DNA of 64,000 bases from Rhodobacterales bacterium (GTDB taxonomy: Bacteria > Pseudomonadota > Alphaproteobacteria > Rhodobacterales > CAZPXZ01). The notes below the pieces were generated by a model. It was not told where the DNA came from. It ran no database searches and saw only the letters and a list, made by a program, of their open reading frames with translations. The stretch covers positions 522,052 through 586,051 of the forward strand of contig CBDCSI010000002.1 of NCBI GenBank assembly GCA_965221505.1, given 5' to 3'. Shown one piece after another: positions 27,134 through 37,491 of this stretch. A program made the translations under genes and the position numbers. The stretch's first letter is position 1. Every line of letters begins with the position of its first letter.

Positions 27134-28765
27134 TCAGGTGCGGACATCCGGTTCCATCCGGCCCGTGCGCTCCCGAATCCCCGCCAGAGTCCCCGCCGCG
27201 GCGGCCAGATCGGCGATCGCGGCCTGCGGCTCCATTCCGTGACGAGCCGGATCCGGTTCCGCTCGTTCCAGGTAGACCCGAAGGGTGGCGCCGCCCGTGC
27301 CGGTGCCGGACAGCCGATACGCGACGCTCCGACCGCCAGAGAACCGAATTCGGATCCCCTGCCGCTCCGAGACAGCGCCGTCGACCGGGTCAACATAGGC
27401 AAAGTCCTCGGCGCCCTCCACGACCAGCCCTTCGATCTCCGTTCCCCGAAGCCGCGGCAGACGCTCCCGGAGCGAGTCCACGAGCGCATCGGCGACGTCC
27501 AGATCGACGTTCTCGTAGTCGTGCCTCGTGTGATAGTCGCGCCCGTGGACGCGCCAGTGCTCGCGCAGGATCTCCGCCACGCCGCAGTTGCGTACCGCCA
27601 AGACGTTCAACCACAACAGCACCGACCAGAGTCCGTCCTTCTCCCGGACATGATCGGAACCCGCGCTGAAGCTCTCCTCGCCGCAAATCGTCGCGAGACC
27701 CGCTTCGAGAAGATTCGCAAAATGCTTCCAGCCGGTCGGCGTCTCGTAGGCCGGTACTCCGAGGCGCTCCGCTACCCGATCGACCGCCCGGCTCGTCGGC
27801 ATGGATCGCGCGACCCCCTTCAACCCGTCCGCATATCCCGGCGCGACATGGGCGTTCGAGGCCAGCACGGCAAGACTGTCCGAGGGCGATACGTAGCATG
27901 CCTTCCCGACGATCATGTGCCGGTCCCCGTCGCCGTCGACCGCCGCGCCCAGGTCCGGCGCCGAATCGGACGACATGAACCGCAGCAAGTCGCCCGCGTG
28001 CACGGGGTTCGGATCCGGCGCCACGCCGCCGAAGTCCTCCAGCGGCTCGGTCCGGATCGCCGTGCCTGACCCGGCGCCGAGCCGCTCTTCGAGAATCGCC
28101 CGGGCATAGGGGCCCATGACCGCGTTCATCGCGTCGAACCGCATCCGGAAGCCGGACGCGAACAGCCGGCGGATCGCCTCGAAATCGAACAGGCGCTCGA
28201 GCAGGTCGGCATAGGCCTCGACCGGATCGACGATCTCCACGGTCGAATCGCCGACGCGGGTCTCGCCGAGCCGGCCCAGTTCGACGTCGCGGGTCTCCGC
28301 CGTCCGATATGCCTCGATCCGGCAAGTGCGGTCGTAAATCGCTTCCGTAACCGCGCGCGTCGCCGGTCCGCCGTTCGCCAGGTTGAACTTGACGCCGAAG
28401 TCCGCATCGGGACCGCCGGGATTGTGACTTGCGGACAGAATAATGCCGCCGTTCGCGCTCCTACGCCGGATCATGTCGGAAGCCGCGGGGGTCGAGAGCA
28501 ACCCGTTCCGGCCGACGATCAGCCGGCGGACGCCGTTCGCCGCCGCCATGCGAATGACGGTCTGGCAGGCGCTGCGCCCGAAGAACCGTCCGTCCCCCCC
28601 GAGAACCAGCGACTTGCCGGATAGTCCTCCGACGGCGTCGAAGATCGACTGGACGTAGTTCTCCAGATACCCGGGCCGCATGAATATGCGGGTCTTCCGC
28701 CGCAGTCCGGACGTGCCGGGATTCTGACCCGGAACGGGCTTCGACGGGACGACGACCGGGATCAC
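27134..28765 (-). CDS. pgm: Phosphoglucomutase (alpha-D-glucose phosphate-specific)
   Basis: Phosphoserine loop SASHNPGGPDADFG and metal loop DGDGDRHM. Length 543 aa. Confidence 0.92.
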   Translation of the reverse strand: MIPVVVPSKPVPGQNPGTSGLRRKTRIFMRPGYLENYVQSIFDAVGGLSGKSLVLGGDGRFFGRSACQTVIRMAAANGVRRLIVGRNGLLSTPAASDMIRRRSANGGIILSASHNPGGPDADFGVKFNLANGGPATRAVTEAIYDRTCRIEAYRTAETRDVELGRLGETRVGDSTVEIVDPVEAYADLLERLFDFEAIRRLFASGFRMRFDAMNAVMGPYARAILEERLGAGSGTAIRTEPLEDFGGVAPDPNPVHAGDLLRFMSSDSAPDLGAAVDGDGDRHMIVGKACYVSPSDSLAVLASNAHVAPGYADGLKGVARSMPTSRAVDRVAERLGVPAYETPTGWKHFANLLEAGLATICGEESFSAGSDHVREKDGLWSVLLWLNVLAVRNCGVAEILREHWRVHGRDYHTRHDYENVDLDVADALVDSLRERLPRLRGTEIEGLVVEGAEDFAYVDPVDGAVSERQGIRIRFSGGRSVAYRLSGTGTGGATLRVYLERAEPDPARHGMEPQAAIADLAAAAGTLAGIRERTGRMEPDVRT

Positions 28766-28912
28766 GCGTCAGCCGAGCCGCCGCCCCGGCGGAAAAGCGC
28801 GCGGCGTCGCAGCCGCTCTCCTACAGGGACCGGGTGCCGATCGGCGCGCTTGTCCGGCCGGCGCGACAGACCGCGGCGGAAGCGGTGCGAGCGCGAGCGG
28901 GCCGGGCAGGCG

Positions 28913-29830
28913 TCAGCGCGGGACATTCCGCCCCGACTTTCTTCCCGCCGGCAACCCCGCCTGCAGCACCAGGGGAACGGCAAGGGTGCATAGCACGAAC
29001 AACCCGGTCAGGAGTTTCAGGTCGGAGGGCTTGAGACCCAGCGCAAGCGCCACGGCGACCACCTGAAAATACGCCAGCGACCCCACGACCGGCGCCGCGA
29101 GCTGGCGGACCAGCGTGCTCCGCCCGACCAACGCCTCGCCGAGGATGGTCGACGCGAGTCCGACGATCAGTACGCCGACGCCCATATTGACGTCGGCATA
29201 GGCCTGATGCTGGGCCATGACGGCGCCGCCCAGCGCGCTGAACCCGCCCGCCACGGCGATGCCGGCGACCACGTAGGCATGGGTGGGAATGCCCTGCGCG
29301 CGGGCCATGGCCTGGTTGGCGCCCACGCAGCGCAGCGCAATTCCGAGCTCGGTGTTGAGAAACCAGTAGAGGACGACGAGGAACGCCAGCACCAGAGCGA
29401 GAACCAGCGCGAACTGGGCGTACGGCGCGCCGCCGTCGGCGTCCAGCGCGAGGGTAAAGATCGAGTCGTTGTCGAACAGCGACGTGTTGGGCTTGCCCAT
29501 CACCCGGATGTTCACGCTGAACAGCATGGTCAGCACGATGATCCCGGCGAGCAGCGAGGGCACCCGCAGGTACAGGTGAATCAGCGCCGTCGCGGCGCCT
29601 GCCGCAAATCCGAACAGGACCGCCGCAGCGAGGCTGACCACCGGACCGTAGCCCGACACCATGAAAGCGGCCGCGATCGCCGCGCCGAACGGAAACGCCC
29701 CCTCCGAAGTGAGGTCGGGCAGCCCCAGCATCCGAAACGGGATCATTACCGCAAGCGCCGGAAACGCGAAGATCGCCCCCTGCGCCAGGCTCACCGTGAA
29801 CAGGTTGAGATAGACGTCGACGAATCCCAT
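28913..29830 (-). CDS. ABC transporter permease (COG4120-type)
   Basis: 305-aa polytopic membrane protein in an operon with the ATPase and binding protein. Confidence 0.8.
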   Translation of the reverse strand: MGFVDVYLNLFTVSLAQGAIFAFPALAVMIPFRMLGLPDLTSEGAFPFGAAIAAAFMVSGYGPVVSLAAAVLFGFAAGAATALIHLYLRVPSLLAGIIVLTMLFSVNIRVMGKPNTSLFDNDSIFTLALDADGGAPYAQFALVLALVLAFLVVLYWFLNTELGIALRCVGANQAMARAQGIPTHAYVVAGIAVAGGFSALGGAVMAQHQAYADVNMGVGVLIVGLASTILGEALVGRSTLVRQLAAPVVGSLAYFQVVAVALALGLKPSDLKLLTGLFVLCTLAVPLVLQAGLPAGRKSGRNVPR

Positions 29831-29839
29831 CGGGCGCGC

Positions 29840-30619
29840 TCAGGACAGCAACATCTTGTCGTCGGTGACGCCGAACCGCGCGACGAGGTCGGCGACGGTT
29901 AGCTCCGCCTTCACGTCCGCGGCCGCGTCGAGCGCCACCCGGCCCTCGTGCATCATCACCAGCCGGTTCCCGAACCGGAGCGCATGCTGCATGTTGTGGG
30001 TCACCATGATGGTGGTGATAGCTTCCCGGGCAACGAGTTCCGCCGTCAGCCGGAGCACGAGATCGGCCGCGCGCGGGTCCAGCGCCGAGATGTGCTCGTC
30101 CAGCAGCATCAGCCGCGGCGCGCGGAGCGCCGCCATGATCAGGGCGAGGGACTGGCGCTGTCCGCCGGAGAGGGAATCCACCTTTTCCGACAAGCGTCCT
30201 TCCAGTCCGAGACCGAGAACCGAGACCCGCTCGCGAAAGAACTCCCGGTTGCGCCGGTTCAACCCCAGGCGGAATCCCTTCCGTTTGCCCCGCCAGGAGG
30301 CGACGGCGAGGTTTTCCTCGATGCTGAGACCCGGAGCCGTGCCGACCGTCGGATCCTGAAACACGCGCGAGATCAGCCGCGCCCGCTTGTGGACCGGCTG
30401 GCGCCCGACGTCGCGCCCGTCGATCAGGATCTCTCCCGAATCGATCCCGACCACCCCGGCGATCGCGTTCAGAAGCGTGCTCTTGCCCGCCCCGTTGCTG
30501 CCGATGACGACGGCGAAATCGCCGTCGCGTAGCGCGATGTCTATGCCCCTGAGCGCTACCCGCTCGTTTGCGGTGCCGGACGAGAAGACCTTGCTCGCAT
30601 CGCGGACGCGAACCGACAC
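29840..30619 (-). CDS. ABC transporter ATP-binding protein (COG1101-type)
   Basis: Walker A GSNGAGKST, signature LSGGQRQS, Walker B LMLLDEH. Confidence 0.88.
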   Translation of the reverse strand: MSVRVRDASKVFSSGTANERVALRGIDIALRDGDFAVVIGSNGAGKSTLLNAIAGVVGIDSGEILIDGRDVGRQPVHKRARLISRVFQDPTVGTAPGLSIEENLAVASWRGKRKGFRLGLNRRNREFFRERVSVLGLGLEGRLSEKVDSLSGGQRQSLALIMAALRAPRLMLLDEHISALDPRAADLVLRLTAELVAREAITTIMVTHNMQHALRFGNRLVMMHEGRVALDAAADVKAELTVADLVARFGVTDDKMLLS

Positions 30620-30639
30620 CGCCCCTTATCCGTGGGCGC

Positions 30640-31620
30640 CTACATCACGCATCCGCAGTCCTCGAAAGCCTCCGGAATGGGACGGTCCAGATCGTCGAAC
30701 CCCTTCGCGCTCAAGAACACGCCGTGGTCCTCGGCCGTCGGGCGGTAGATCGGCAACTCGGACGGCTTCGCCCCGTTCAGGATCCGGGCCGCCAGGAGGC
30801 CGGCCTGACGGCCGACGTCCCGCCACGAGACCGACACCGCCGCCAGCACGTGGCCGTCCGCTACGCCGACGGGGCCGGAGTTGATGACCGGAATCCCGTT
30901 TCGCCTGGCCGACGCCGCGACCGCCGCGAGCGCCGGCTGCAGCATGCTCGACGGAATGAGGTAGATGAAGTCCACCCCCTTCAGCGCCTCGACCCGGTTC
31001 GGAATGTCGTTGGTGGTCTCGACGCTGACCGCGCGAAGCGCGATTCCCGCCCGTTCCGCCGCCGCCTCCGCATAGGTGACGTTGACCCGGTCGTTGGCGT
31101 CGCCCGGATTGAACAGGATTCCCATCGAGGCGACGTCGCCGAGGATCATCTTCGCCTTGTCGATCACGGTATCCATGTCCTGGAGGTTGGAGGCGCCGAC
31201 GAACCGGTCGCTTCCCCGCTCCCAGGACTCCACCAGCCCCGCGTCGACCGGATCCGTGACGGGGGCGAACACGATCGGCAGCGACTTGTCGCGGATCGCG
31301 CGCCTGGACGCCTGGGTGATCGGAGTGGTCACCGTCAGCAGCACCTCGGGGTCCGACGCCTCCAGCGCCGTGAGTACCTGAGCCGCCAGCGACGGATCGA
31401 AATTCGTGTCCTGATAGACGAACTCTACCCCGGCGCCCTCTTCGAATCCCTCGCTCGCCAGACCCTCCTTGAATCCGTCGACGACCGACTGGAGCACCGG
31501 ATGCGGGCCGAGGCTCGCGATCGCGACCCTCCGGTCTTCCGCCTGGGCCGGGAGAAGGAGGAACGCCGCCAGAACCGGCGCCGCAGCGACGGCCCGAAGA
31601 ACGCGTATCGGTCGAATCAT
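30640..31620 (-). CDS. ABC transporter substrate-binding protein (COG2984 / ABC_sub_bind type)
   Basis: Start at MIRPIRVLRAVAAAPVLAAFLLLPAQA (signal peptide). The upstream part of the track ORF (to 32280) is a shadow. Confidence 0.8.
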   Translation of the reverse strand: MIRPIRVLRAVAAAPVLAAFLLLPAQAEDRRVAIASLGPHPVLQSVVDGFKEGLASEGFEEGAGVEFVYQDTNFDPSLAAQVLTALEASDPEVLLTVTTPITQASRRAIRDKSLPIVFAPVTDPVDAGLVESWERGSDRFVGASNLQDMDTVIDKAKMILGDVASMGILFNPGDANDRVNVTYAEAAAERAGIALRAVSVETTNDIPNRVEALKGVDFIYLIPSSMLQPALAAVAASARRNGIPVINSGPVGVADGHVLAAVSVSWRDVGRQAGLLAARILNGAKPSELPIYRPTAEDHGVFLSAKGFDDLDRPIPEAFEDCGCVM

Positions 31621-31685
31621 TTCATGCTCCCTTCTGTCGGATCGGACGGCGCCGACGGAGACGGGACCGCGCCCGGTTCGCTCCG

Positions 31686-32480
31686 CTACGCGAGTTCCAG
31701 CGTCTCGCCCCGTTTGCCTGCCGCACGCCGGACAGAATACCAGATCGAGTCCAGCATTTCGGTACCGGACACGCCGACCGCGGGCTGGCGCTTCTCGATC
31801 CGAAGCGTACCGCCCTCCATGTCTCGCGCCTCGACCTCGGCCACCGCGCAGTCCAGCGCCGGGTCGCAGATGAGTCGAGCCTCGCATTCGTCGAGACCGG
31901 TCGTGATCAGCGCACAGGTGACCATGGTGTTGACGTTGCGCGGATAGAGACGCGCGATGCCGCGAACCGGTCCCTCGTAGATTGCGGTCTCCCGGTCGAT
32001 GCCGCCCGGATCGATGCCGCTCGCGGCAAAGTCTATGTTGTCCGGGTGTTTGCGGAAGGTAATCCGAACGCGACTCCATCGTCCCGACCGCGTCGCCAGT
32101 TCGTCCCCGCCCGGTAGCGCTCCCCTCGGCAGGAACAGACCGGTTCCGGCACCCTCGGCCGCTGCGACGAGCCGGGCGCGAAGCCCGTCCGAGGCCAGGG
32201 CGGTCACCGAAAGCGGCATATAGCTTGCGCGCGCGAGGAACGCCGCGCCGTACCGCTCGGAGACGACGGGATGCGCGCACTCGACGATCAGGTGGGCGCC
32301 GCGAGCCGGAGCCTCTTCCAGGTCTTCGAGCGTCAGGGCCGGGTCCAGGCCTGCCAGCGCCTCCGGCCTGCGGTTGTAGACGAACGCGGTCTCGAAGCGT
32401 CCGCCGCTCCGTTCGATGCGCTCAACGACGGATCGGCCGATATAGCCGAAGCCCACGACTCCGATCCGAACCGCACTCAT
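31686..32480 (-). CDS. L-aspartate dehydrogenase-like protein (NadX / DUF108 family)
   Basis: N-terminal Rossmann motif RIGVVGFGYIGRSV. Length 264 aa and overall similarity to the aspartate dehydrogenase family. Confidence 0.65.
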   Translation of the reverse strand: MSAVRIGVVGFGYIGRSVVERIERSGGRFETAFVYNRRPEALAGLDPALTLEDLEEAPARGAHLIVECAHPVVSERYGAAFLARASYMPLSVTALASDGLRARLVAAAEGAGTGLFLPRGALPGGDELATRSGRWSRVRITFRKHPDNIDFAASGIDPGGIDRETAIYEGPVRGIARLYPRNVNTMVTCALITTGLDECEARLICDPALDCAVAEVEARDMEGGTLRIEKRQPAVGVSGTEMLDSIWYSVRRAAGKRGETLELA

Positions 32481-32679
32481 CGAATGCCCTCCGGGACGAC
32501 CGGACCGTATGCCGGCAGGGCACCGACGCGAAACGCTACCCGTCGCGGCGGCCGGAGTATATCGGGACGGACCGTAGCCGGTTCTGAGTACGATGCGACC
32601 GGTCGCCGCGCGGTATCGTTCCCGTAAGTGCGGGGCCTCCCCGCGCGTACGAACCCGTCAAGTCCGGTCAGGCAACGTC

Positions 32680-34341
32680 ATGGCGCCTCGCAACCCCTCC
32701 CCAGATTCGCTCCAGGCGTCCTGGAAAGTCGTCGATCGAGCCGCCGCGAGACTTCGGGAACGGCATCTCCGTGACCTGTTCGCGGAGGATCCGGATCGAT
32801 TCCGGAAACTGTCCTTCCGACTCGACGATCTACTGGTCGACTTCTCGCGGGAGCGGCTGGACTCCGAGGCGCTGTCGGACCTCGTCTCCCTCGCCTCAGC
32901 CGCCGGCGTCGAAGCGCGGCGCGACGCAATGTTCGACGGCGCCGAGGTCAACGAAACCGAGGGGCGAGCCGCGCTGCACACCGCACTCCGCGCCAACCGG
33001 CGAGACGACGCCCCGAGACGCCTGCCCGAAGCGCCGGCCCAAATCCGCCAGTCGCTGGAGCGGTTCCTCGCATTTGCGGAGAGCGTTCGCACGGGCGAGA
33101 CCCACACCCTCGACGGCAGGACGTTCGCCCATGTCGTCAACCTCGGGACCGGCGGATCGGATCTCGGGCCGGCCATGGCCGTTCAGGCGCTCGCTCCCTG
33201 GCACGACGGACCCCGCACGGAGTTCGTCTCCAACGTGGACGGGGCGCATCTGGCGGACGTGCTGAAGCGGCTCGATCCGGAGCGCACGTTGTTCGTCGTG
33301 GCGTCCCGGACCTTTACCACGGCGGAAACCCTGACCAACGCCCGCTCCGCGGTCGCCTGGCTTACGGCGAGCCTCGGCGACAGGGCGGCCGGCGCGCACC
33401 TGGCGGCGGTCACCGCCAATCCCCGGAAAGCCGCCACCTTAGGGATCGACGGGTCCCGGACGTTCGAGTTCTGGGACTGGGTCGGCGGACGCTATTCCGT
33501 CTGGTCGTCCGTCGGCCTGCCTCTCGCCGTCGCCGTCGGCGCCGACCGGTTCCGGGAGTTCCTCGCGGGCGCCCGCGCCATGGACCGGCACTTTTGCGAG
33601 GCGCCGCTGAGCCGGAACCTGCCGGTGCTGATGGCGCTGGTCGGGATCTGGCGGCGAAACGCCATGGGCTGGCCGACGGTGGCGCTGGTTCCCTACGACC
33701 AGCGGCTGGCGCGCTTGCCGGCCTACGTACAACAGCTCGAGACCGAGTCCAACGGCAAGCGCGTCGGCCTCGACGGCGCCGCGGCGGCGCGACCCACGGC
33801 GCCCGTCGTCTGGGGAGAGCCCGGCACCAACGCGCAGCATTCCTTCTTCCAGCTGATTCACCAGGGAACCGACACGATTCCGGTGGATTTTCTTCTGGCG
33901 GCCCGGCCCCAGGAGCCGCCCGGCGAGCATCATCCCCAGCTGATCGCAAACGCGCTGGCGCAGTCCGCCGCGCTGGCCTTCGGAAGGACGGAAACGCAGG
34001 TCCGGGCGGAGACGGCGGCGGAGGGACACCCGGCAGACAGGGTCGAGCGGCTCGTGCCGCATCGGGTCTTTCCCGGCAACCGGCCCTCGACGACCCTGAT
34101 CTACCGCCGGCTCGACCCGTCGACGCTCGGCAGGCTCATCGCTCTCTACGAACACAAGGTCTTCGTTCAGGCGGCGATCTGGGGAATCAACGCCTTCGAC
34201 CAATGGGGCGTCGAACTCGGAAAGTCGCTGGCCGCACGCATCCTGCCTGCGGTCGAGGGCGGAGATCCCGGCTTGGAGCTGGATCCGGCCACGAGCGGGC
34301 TGCTCGCGCATCTCTCGGATTTCGGACCGGCGGACGGTTAA
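32680..34341 (+). CDS. pgi: Glucose-6-phosphate isomerase
   Basis: WVGGRYSVWSSVGL, FDQWGVELGK and the PGI N-terminus (LFAEDPDRFRK). Start at ATG 32680. Confidence 0.92.
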   Translation: MAPRNPSPDSLQASWKVVDRAAARLRERHLRDLFAEDPDRFRKLSFRLDDLLVDFSRERLDSEALSDLVSLASAAGVEARRDAMFDGAEVNETEGRAALHTALRANRRDDAPRRLPEAPAQIRQSLERFLAFAESVRTGETHTLDGRTFAHVVNLGTGGSDLGPAMAVQALAPWHDGPRTEFVSNVDGAHLADVLKRLDPERTLFVVASRTFTTAETLTNARSAVAWLTASLGDRAAGAHLAAVTANPRKAATLGIDGSRTFEFWDWVGGRYSVWSSVGLPLAVAVGADRFREFLAGARAMDRHFCEAPLSRNLPVLMALVGIWRRNAMGWPTVALVPYDQRLARLPAYVQQLETESNGKRVGLDGAAAARPTAPVVWGEPGTNAQHSFFQLIHQGTDTIPVDFLLAARPQEPPGEHHPQLIANALAQSAALAFGRTETQVRAETAAEGHPADRVERLVPHRVFPGNRPSTTLIYRRLDPSTLGRLIALYEHKVFVQAAIWGINAFDQWGVELGKSLAARILPAVEGGDPGLELDPATSGLLAHLSDFGPADG

Positions 34342-34370
34342 ATGCGAGCGGCGGCTCGACGAGAGACCTG

Positions 34371-34426
34371 TCCGCCGGCATTGAGTGCACGGAGCGTTTC
34401 CGCCGGCATTGAGTGCACGGAGCGTT
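34371..34426. repeat. Perfect 28-bp tandem duplication (TCCGCCGGCATTGAGTGCACGGAGCGTT x2)
   Basis: Read directly from the sequence. Lies between the pgi stop and the next SDR gene. Confidence 0.95.
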
Positions 34427-34578
34427 CCCGGATCCCTCCGGGCCGGCGGGCGTGGCGGGATTCTGCGCTATAGTCGGCAGCCTTCGCTTCCGCGGCCGCC
34501 ACGCGCCCGGAATCGCCGCCCAGGCCACCGGCCGGCGCCGGACGCGACCCGGACACACGAGCTGCGGGAACCCCTCGG

Positions 34579-35316
34579 ATGCGTCTCGAACGAAAGACGG
34601 CGTTGATCACGGCGGCCGGGGCCGGAATCGGCCTCGCCACCGCACGCAGGTTTGCCGCCGAAGGCGCGAAGGTGACCGCCACCGACATCGACGCGGAGTC
34701 GCTCTCGCAACTCTCCGGGGAAGGGATTCCGACGCGCCGGCTGGACGTGACCGACACCCCGTCCGTTCTCGCCCTGGCGGAGGAAATGGGAGCGGTCGAC
34801 GTGCTGTTCAACTGCGCTGGATACGTCCACCAGGGAACGCTGCTCGACACCGACCCCGAGACTTTCGACCGATCGATCAACCTCAACGTCACGAGCATGT
34901 ACCGTGTCACGCGGGCCTTCCTTCCCTCCATGCTCGCGGCCGGGGGCGGCAGCGTCATCAACATGGCGTCCGTGGTCTCGTCGGTGGTCGCGGCGCCCAA
35001 CCGTTTCGTCTACGGAATCACCAAGGCGGCCGTGATCGGGATGACCAAGTCGATCGCTGCGGACTACGCCACGCAGGGCATCCGCTGCAACGCCATCTGT
35101 CCGGGAACCGTCGACACGCCGTCGCTGCGGAGCCGGATTCGGGACCTGGGCGGGGACTACGAGGAGGTTCGCGCCCGGTTCGTCGCCCGCCAGGCGGTTC
35201 GCCGGCTCGGCGAACCGGAGGAAGTGGCCGCGCTGGCCGTGTATCTCGCCAGCGACGAGAGCGCATTCGTAACCGGCCAGGCCGTCGGGATCGACGGCGG
35301 CTGGAGCAATACGTGA
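34579..35316 (+). CDS. SDR-family oxidoreductase (2-keto-3-deoxy-sugar-acid dehydrogenase-like)
   Basis: TAAGAGIGLA and YGITKAAV (YxxxK). Length 245 aa. Confidence 0.85.
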   Translation: MRLERKTALITAAGAGIGLATARRFAAEGAKVTATDIDAESLSQLSGEGIPTRRLDVTDTPSVLALAEEMGAVDVLFNCAGYVHQGTLLDTDPETFDRSINLNVTSMYRVTRAFLPSMLAAGGGSVINMASVVSSVVAAPNRFVYGITKAAVIGMTKSIAADYATQGIRCNAICPGTVDTPSLRSRIRDLGGDYEEVRARFVARQAVRRLGEPEEVAALAVYLASDESAFVTGQAVGIDGGWSNT

Positions 35317-35325
35317 GGAAACCCG

Positions 35326-36171
35326 ATGAAACTCCTTCGATACGGACCCCGAGGACAGGAAAAGCCGGCGCTTCTGGATCGCGACGGCGTCCTGCGCGAC
35401 CTGAGCGCACAGGTGGACGACATCGCCGGCAGCGCCCTGTCGCCGGCGTCCCTGACCCGGCTCGCCACGCTCGATCCCGCCGGGTTGCCCGCCGTCGAGG
35501 GTTCGCCCCGCATCGGCCCCTGCGTCGGCCGCGTCGGCAAGATGGTCTGCGTCGGCCTGAACTACGCGGATCACGCGGAGGAGTCGGGCCTGCCGGTGCC
35601 GCCCGAGCCGGTCCTGTTCTCCAAGGCGACGAGCGCGATCTCCGGTCCCTTTGACGACGTGATCTTGCCCAGGGGTTCGGTGAAGTCCGACTGGGAAGTC
35701 GAACTCGCGATCGTGATCGGCACCGAGGCGCGCTACGTCAGCGAGGCCGACGCGATGGATTACGTGGCCGGATACTGCATCGTCAACGACATCTCTGAGC
35801 GGGAGTTCCAGATCGAACGCGCCGGGCAGTGGGTGAAGGGCAAGTCGGCGGACACTTTCGCGCCCATGGGCCCCTGGCTGGTGACCCGGGACGAGATTCC
35901 GGACCCGCAAAACCTCTCCATGTGGCTAGAGGTCGACGGCCGACGCTTTCAGGACGGCTCCACCCGGACCATGGTCTTCGGCGTCCGGCACATCGTTCAC
36001 TACGTCTCGCAATTCATGAGCCTGCAGCCGGGAGACGTGATCCCGACGGGAACGCCGCCCGGCGTCGGCATGGGGCTGAAGCCGCAGCAGTATCTTCGCG
36101 CCGGCCAGGTAATGCGGCTCGCGGTCGAGGGTCTCGGCGAACAGCGCCAGCGCGTGGTCGCCTGGAGCTGA
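35326..36171 (+). CDS. Fumarylacetoacetate hydrolase (FAH) family protein
   Basis: KMVCVGLNYADHAEE and the DWEVELAIVIG pattern typical of FAH-fold hydratases/hydrolases. Confidence 0.85.
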   Translation: MKLLRYGPRGQEKPALLDRDGVLRDLSAQVDDIAGSALSPASLTRLATLDPAGLPAVEGSPRIGPCVGRVGKMVCVGLNYADHAEESGLPVPPEPVLFSKATSAISGPFDDVILPRGSVKSDWEVELAIVIGTEARYVSEADAMDYVAGYCIVNDISEREFQIERAGQWVKGKSADTFAPMGPWLVTRDEIPDPQNLSMWLEVDGRRFQDGSTRTMVFGVRHIVHYVSQFMSLQPGDVIPTGTPPGVGMGLKPQQYLRAGQVMRLAVEGLGEQRQRVVAWS

Positions 36172-36710
36172 GCGGGGCCGAAGCGGCCGGCAAGAACGGA
36201 CCGGCGTCCCCGTCGGAGGGCCGAAATCGGCATCGGAAGCGTTCTCGCCTGTCTGCGGGCGGGTTCGTCGCCTCCACCGGACCCGGTTGCGCGGTTCGGA
36301 TTCCGCGTCGGCGAATCGCAGGCGGATCCGGCGCGACCAGGCCGACGGCACTAGAGAGCGGGAGTCACGGGCGGTCCGGTGCTCCCGCGACATGCGGAGA
36401 GTTTCCGGTGCTCTCGGCCCTTCGATTTCGGTCGAGGACGAGTGCCTTCCTACCCGGTCCGGCTCGTTGCGACTCCGCGTCCCGTCCGTCGGCGCGCAAG
36501 AATTGTTCCCGCAACACCGAGCGGTAGGCGTCGAACCGCGCCCATTTTCCGCACGTCTTGCGGTTTCGTCGCGCGACTATCGCGAGGCCGTGCGATGCGC
36601 TTGATCTCGATGTATGGTCGTGTTCGCGTCAGCAAGCGCACGAGCGCGCCGGCAGGATCGCGGCGGCGCTCGCCTTCCCGTCTGGGCAGAAACAGAAGGA
36701 GGATGGACGG

Positions 36711-37025
36711 ATGGAGACGGCCTGCATGTTGGGGATCTTTGGGGCGTACGCCGATTTTTGCGGGTATGTCGGGGACACTATCTCTCCGCGACCGGTCCCT
36801 GAGTATGTATTCGATGAAGCGATCGAGTTCGTGAATCACTGCAGCGAGAAGGGATACATTCTCGAAGGCAACGCGGAAACAGTGAGGGAAAATTTTCGGA
36901 ACTTGGCATCGCTAACGCGAGAGTTTCTGGCCTTCGTGGAGTTGACGAACATCGTTGACAACTGCAAGAAAATCCATGCGGCCATTAGTTCTATTCAGGA
37001 GATCGAGTTGGAGCTAAACCAATGA
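36711..37025 (+). CDS. Hypothetical protein, 104 aa
   Basis: AAGGAGGA lies 8 nt upstream of ATG 36711. This looks like the lowest-GC stretch of the window by eye. No family recognised. Confidence 0.5.
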   Translation: METACMLGIFGAYADFCGYVGDTISPRPVPEYVFDEAIEFVNHCSEKGYILEGNAETVRENFRNLASLTREFLAFVELTNIVDNCKKIHAAISSIQEIELELNQ

Positions 37026-37491
37026 TCCTCCGACGCATGCCGCGAATCACGAACGACGTCGCGCTCGTCGAGCTTCAGGCGCATTTCGCGGCGTAGCGAG
37101 AGGGCGCCATGCGGGGGTTGCTCGGAGCGGCGACGGGTCGGGCTGATTCGGCCGCCGGTCGCCAGGCGTCCATTGCCGGAATGTCGCTTGCCGAATTCGT
37201 CGACGACGGTTTCCGCGACGATTTGCCTGTCCGCTCTTGCGTTCTGTACGCCATCCCTGAGTTCCCTCGCCAAGGCGGACCCCGAGACGATCGACATTCC
37301 GGATCGCAAGCTCCGAGCCGACGGTTTTCCGTCTCCTGTAACTCGGCGTCCTTGGGCGTTGCTGGCGAAGTTGGTAGCCAGGGCGCTCGGAGCGCTCCCG
37401 AACCCTGCGCGGAGGAAGAAACGGGTCGTAGACGACCCCTGACTACGGAGAAAGCGGGCCGTCCATTCGGGTTTCATGTGAAACGGTCGTC

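Noticed and set aside
34371-34426. Possibility that the 28-bp repeat is a minimal CRISPR array.
   Set aside because: There are only two units, directly abutting with no spacer, and no cas genes in the window. It is a simple tandem duplication.
36995-37477. 160-aa minus-strand ORF overlapping the 3' end of the 104-aa gene, considered as an intact ParE-like toxin.
   Set aside because: Only short stretches look toxin- or antitoxin-like, and the best RHH-like stretch is in a different frame. It is treated as a degraded fragment (see findings), not as a CDS.
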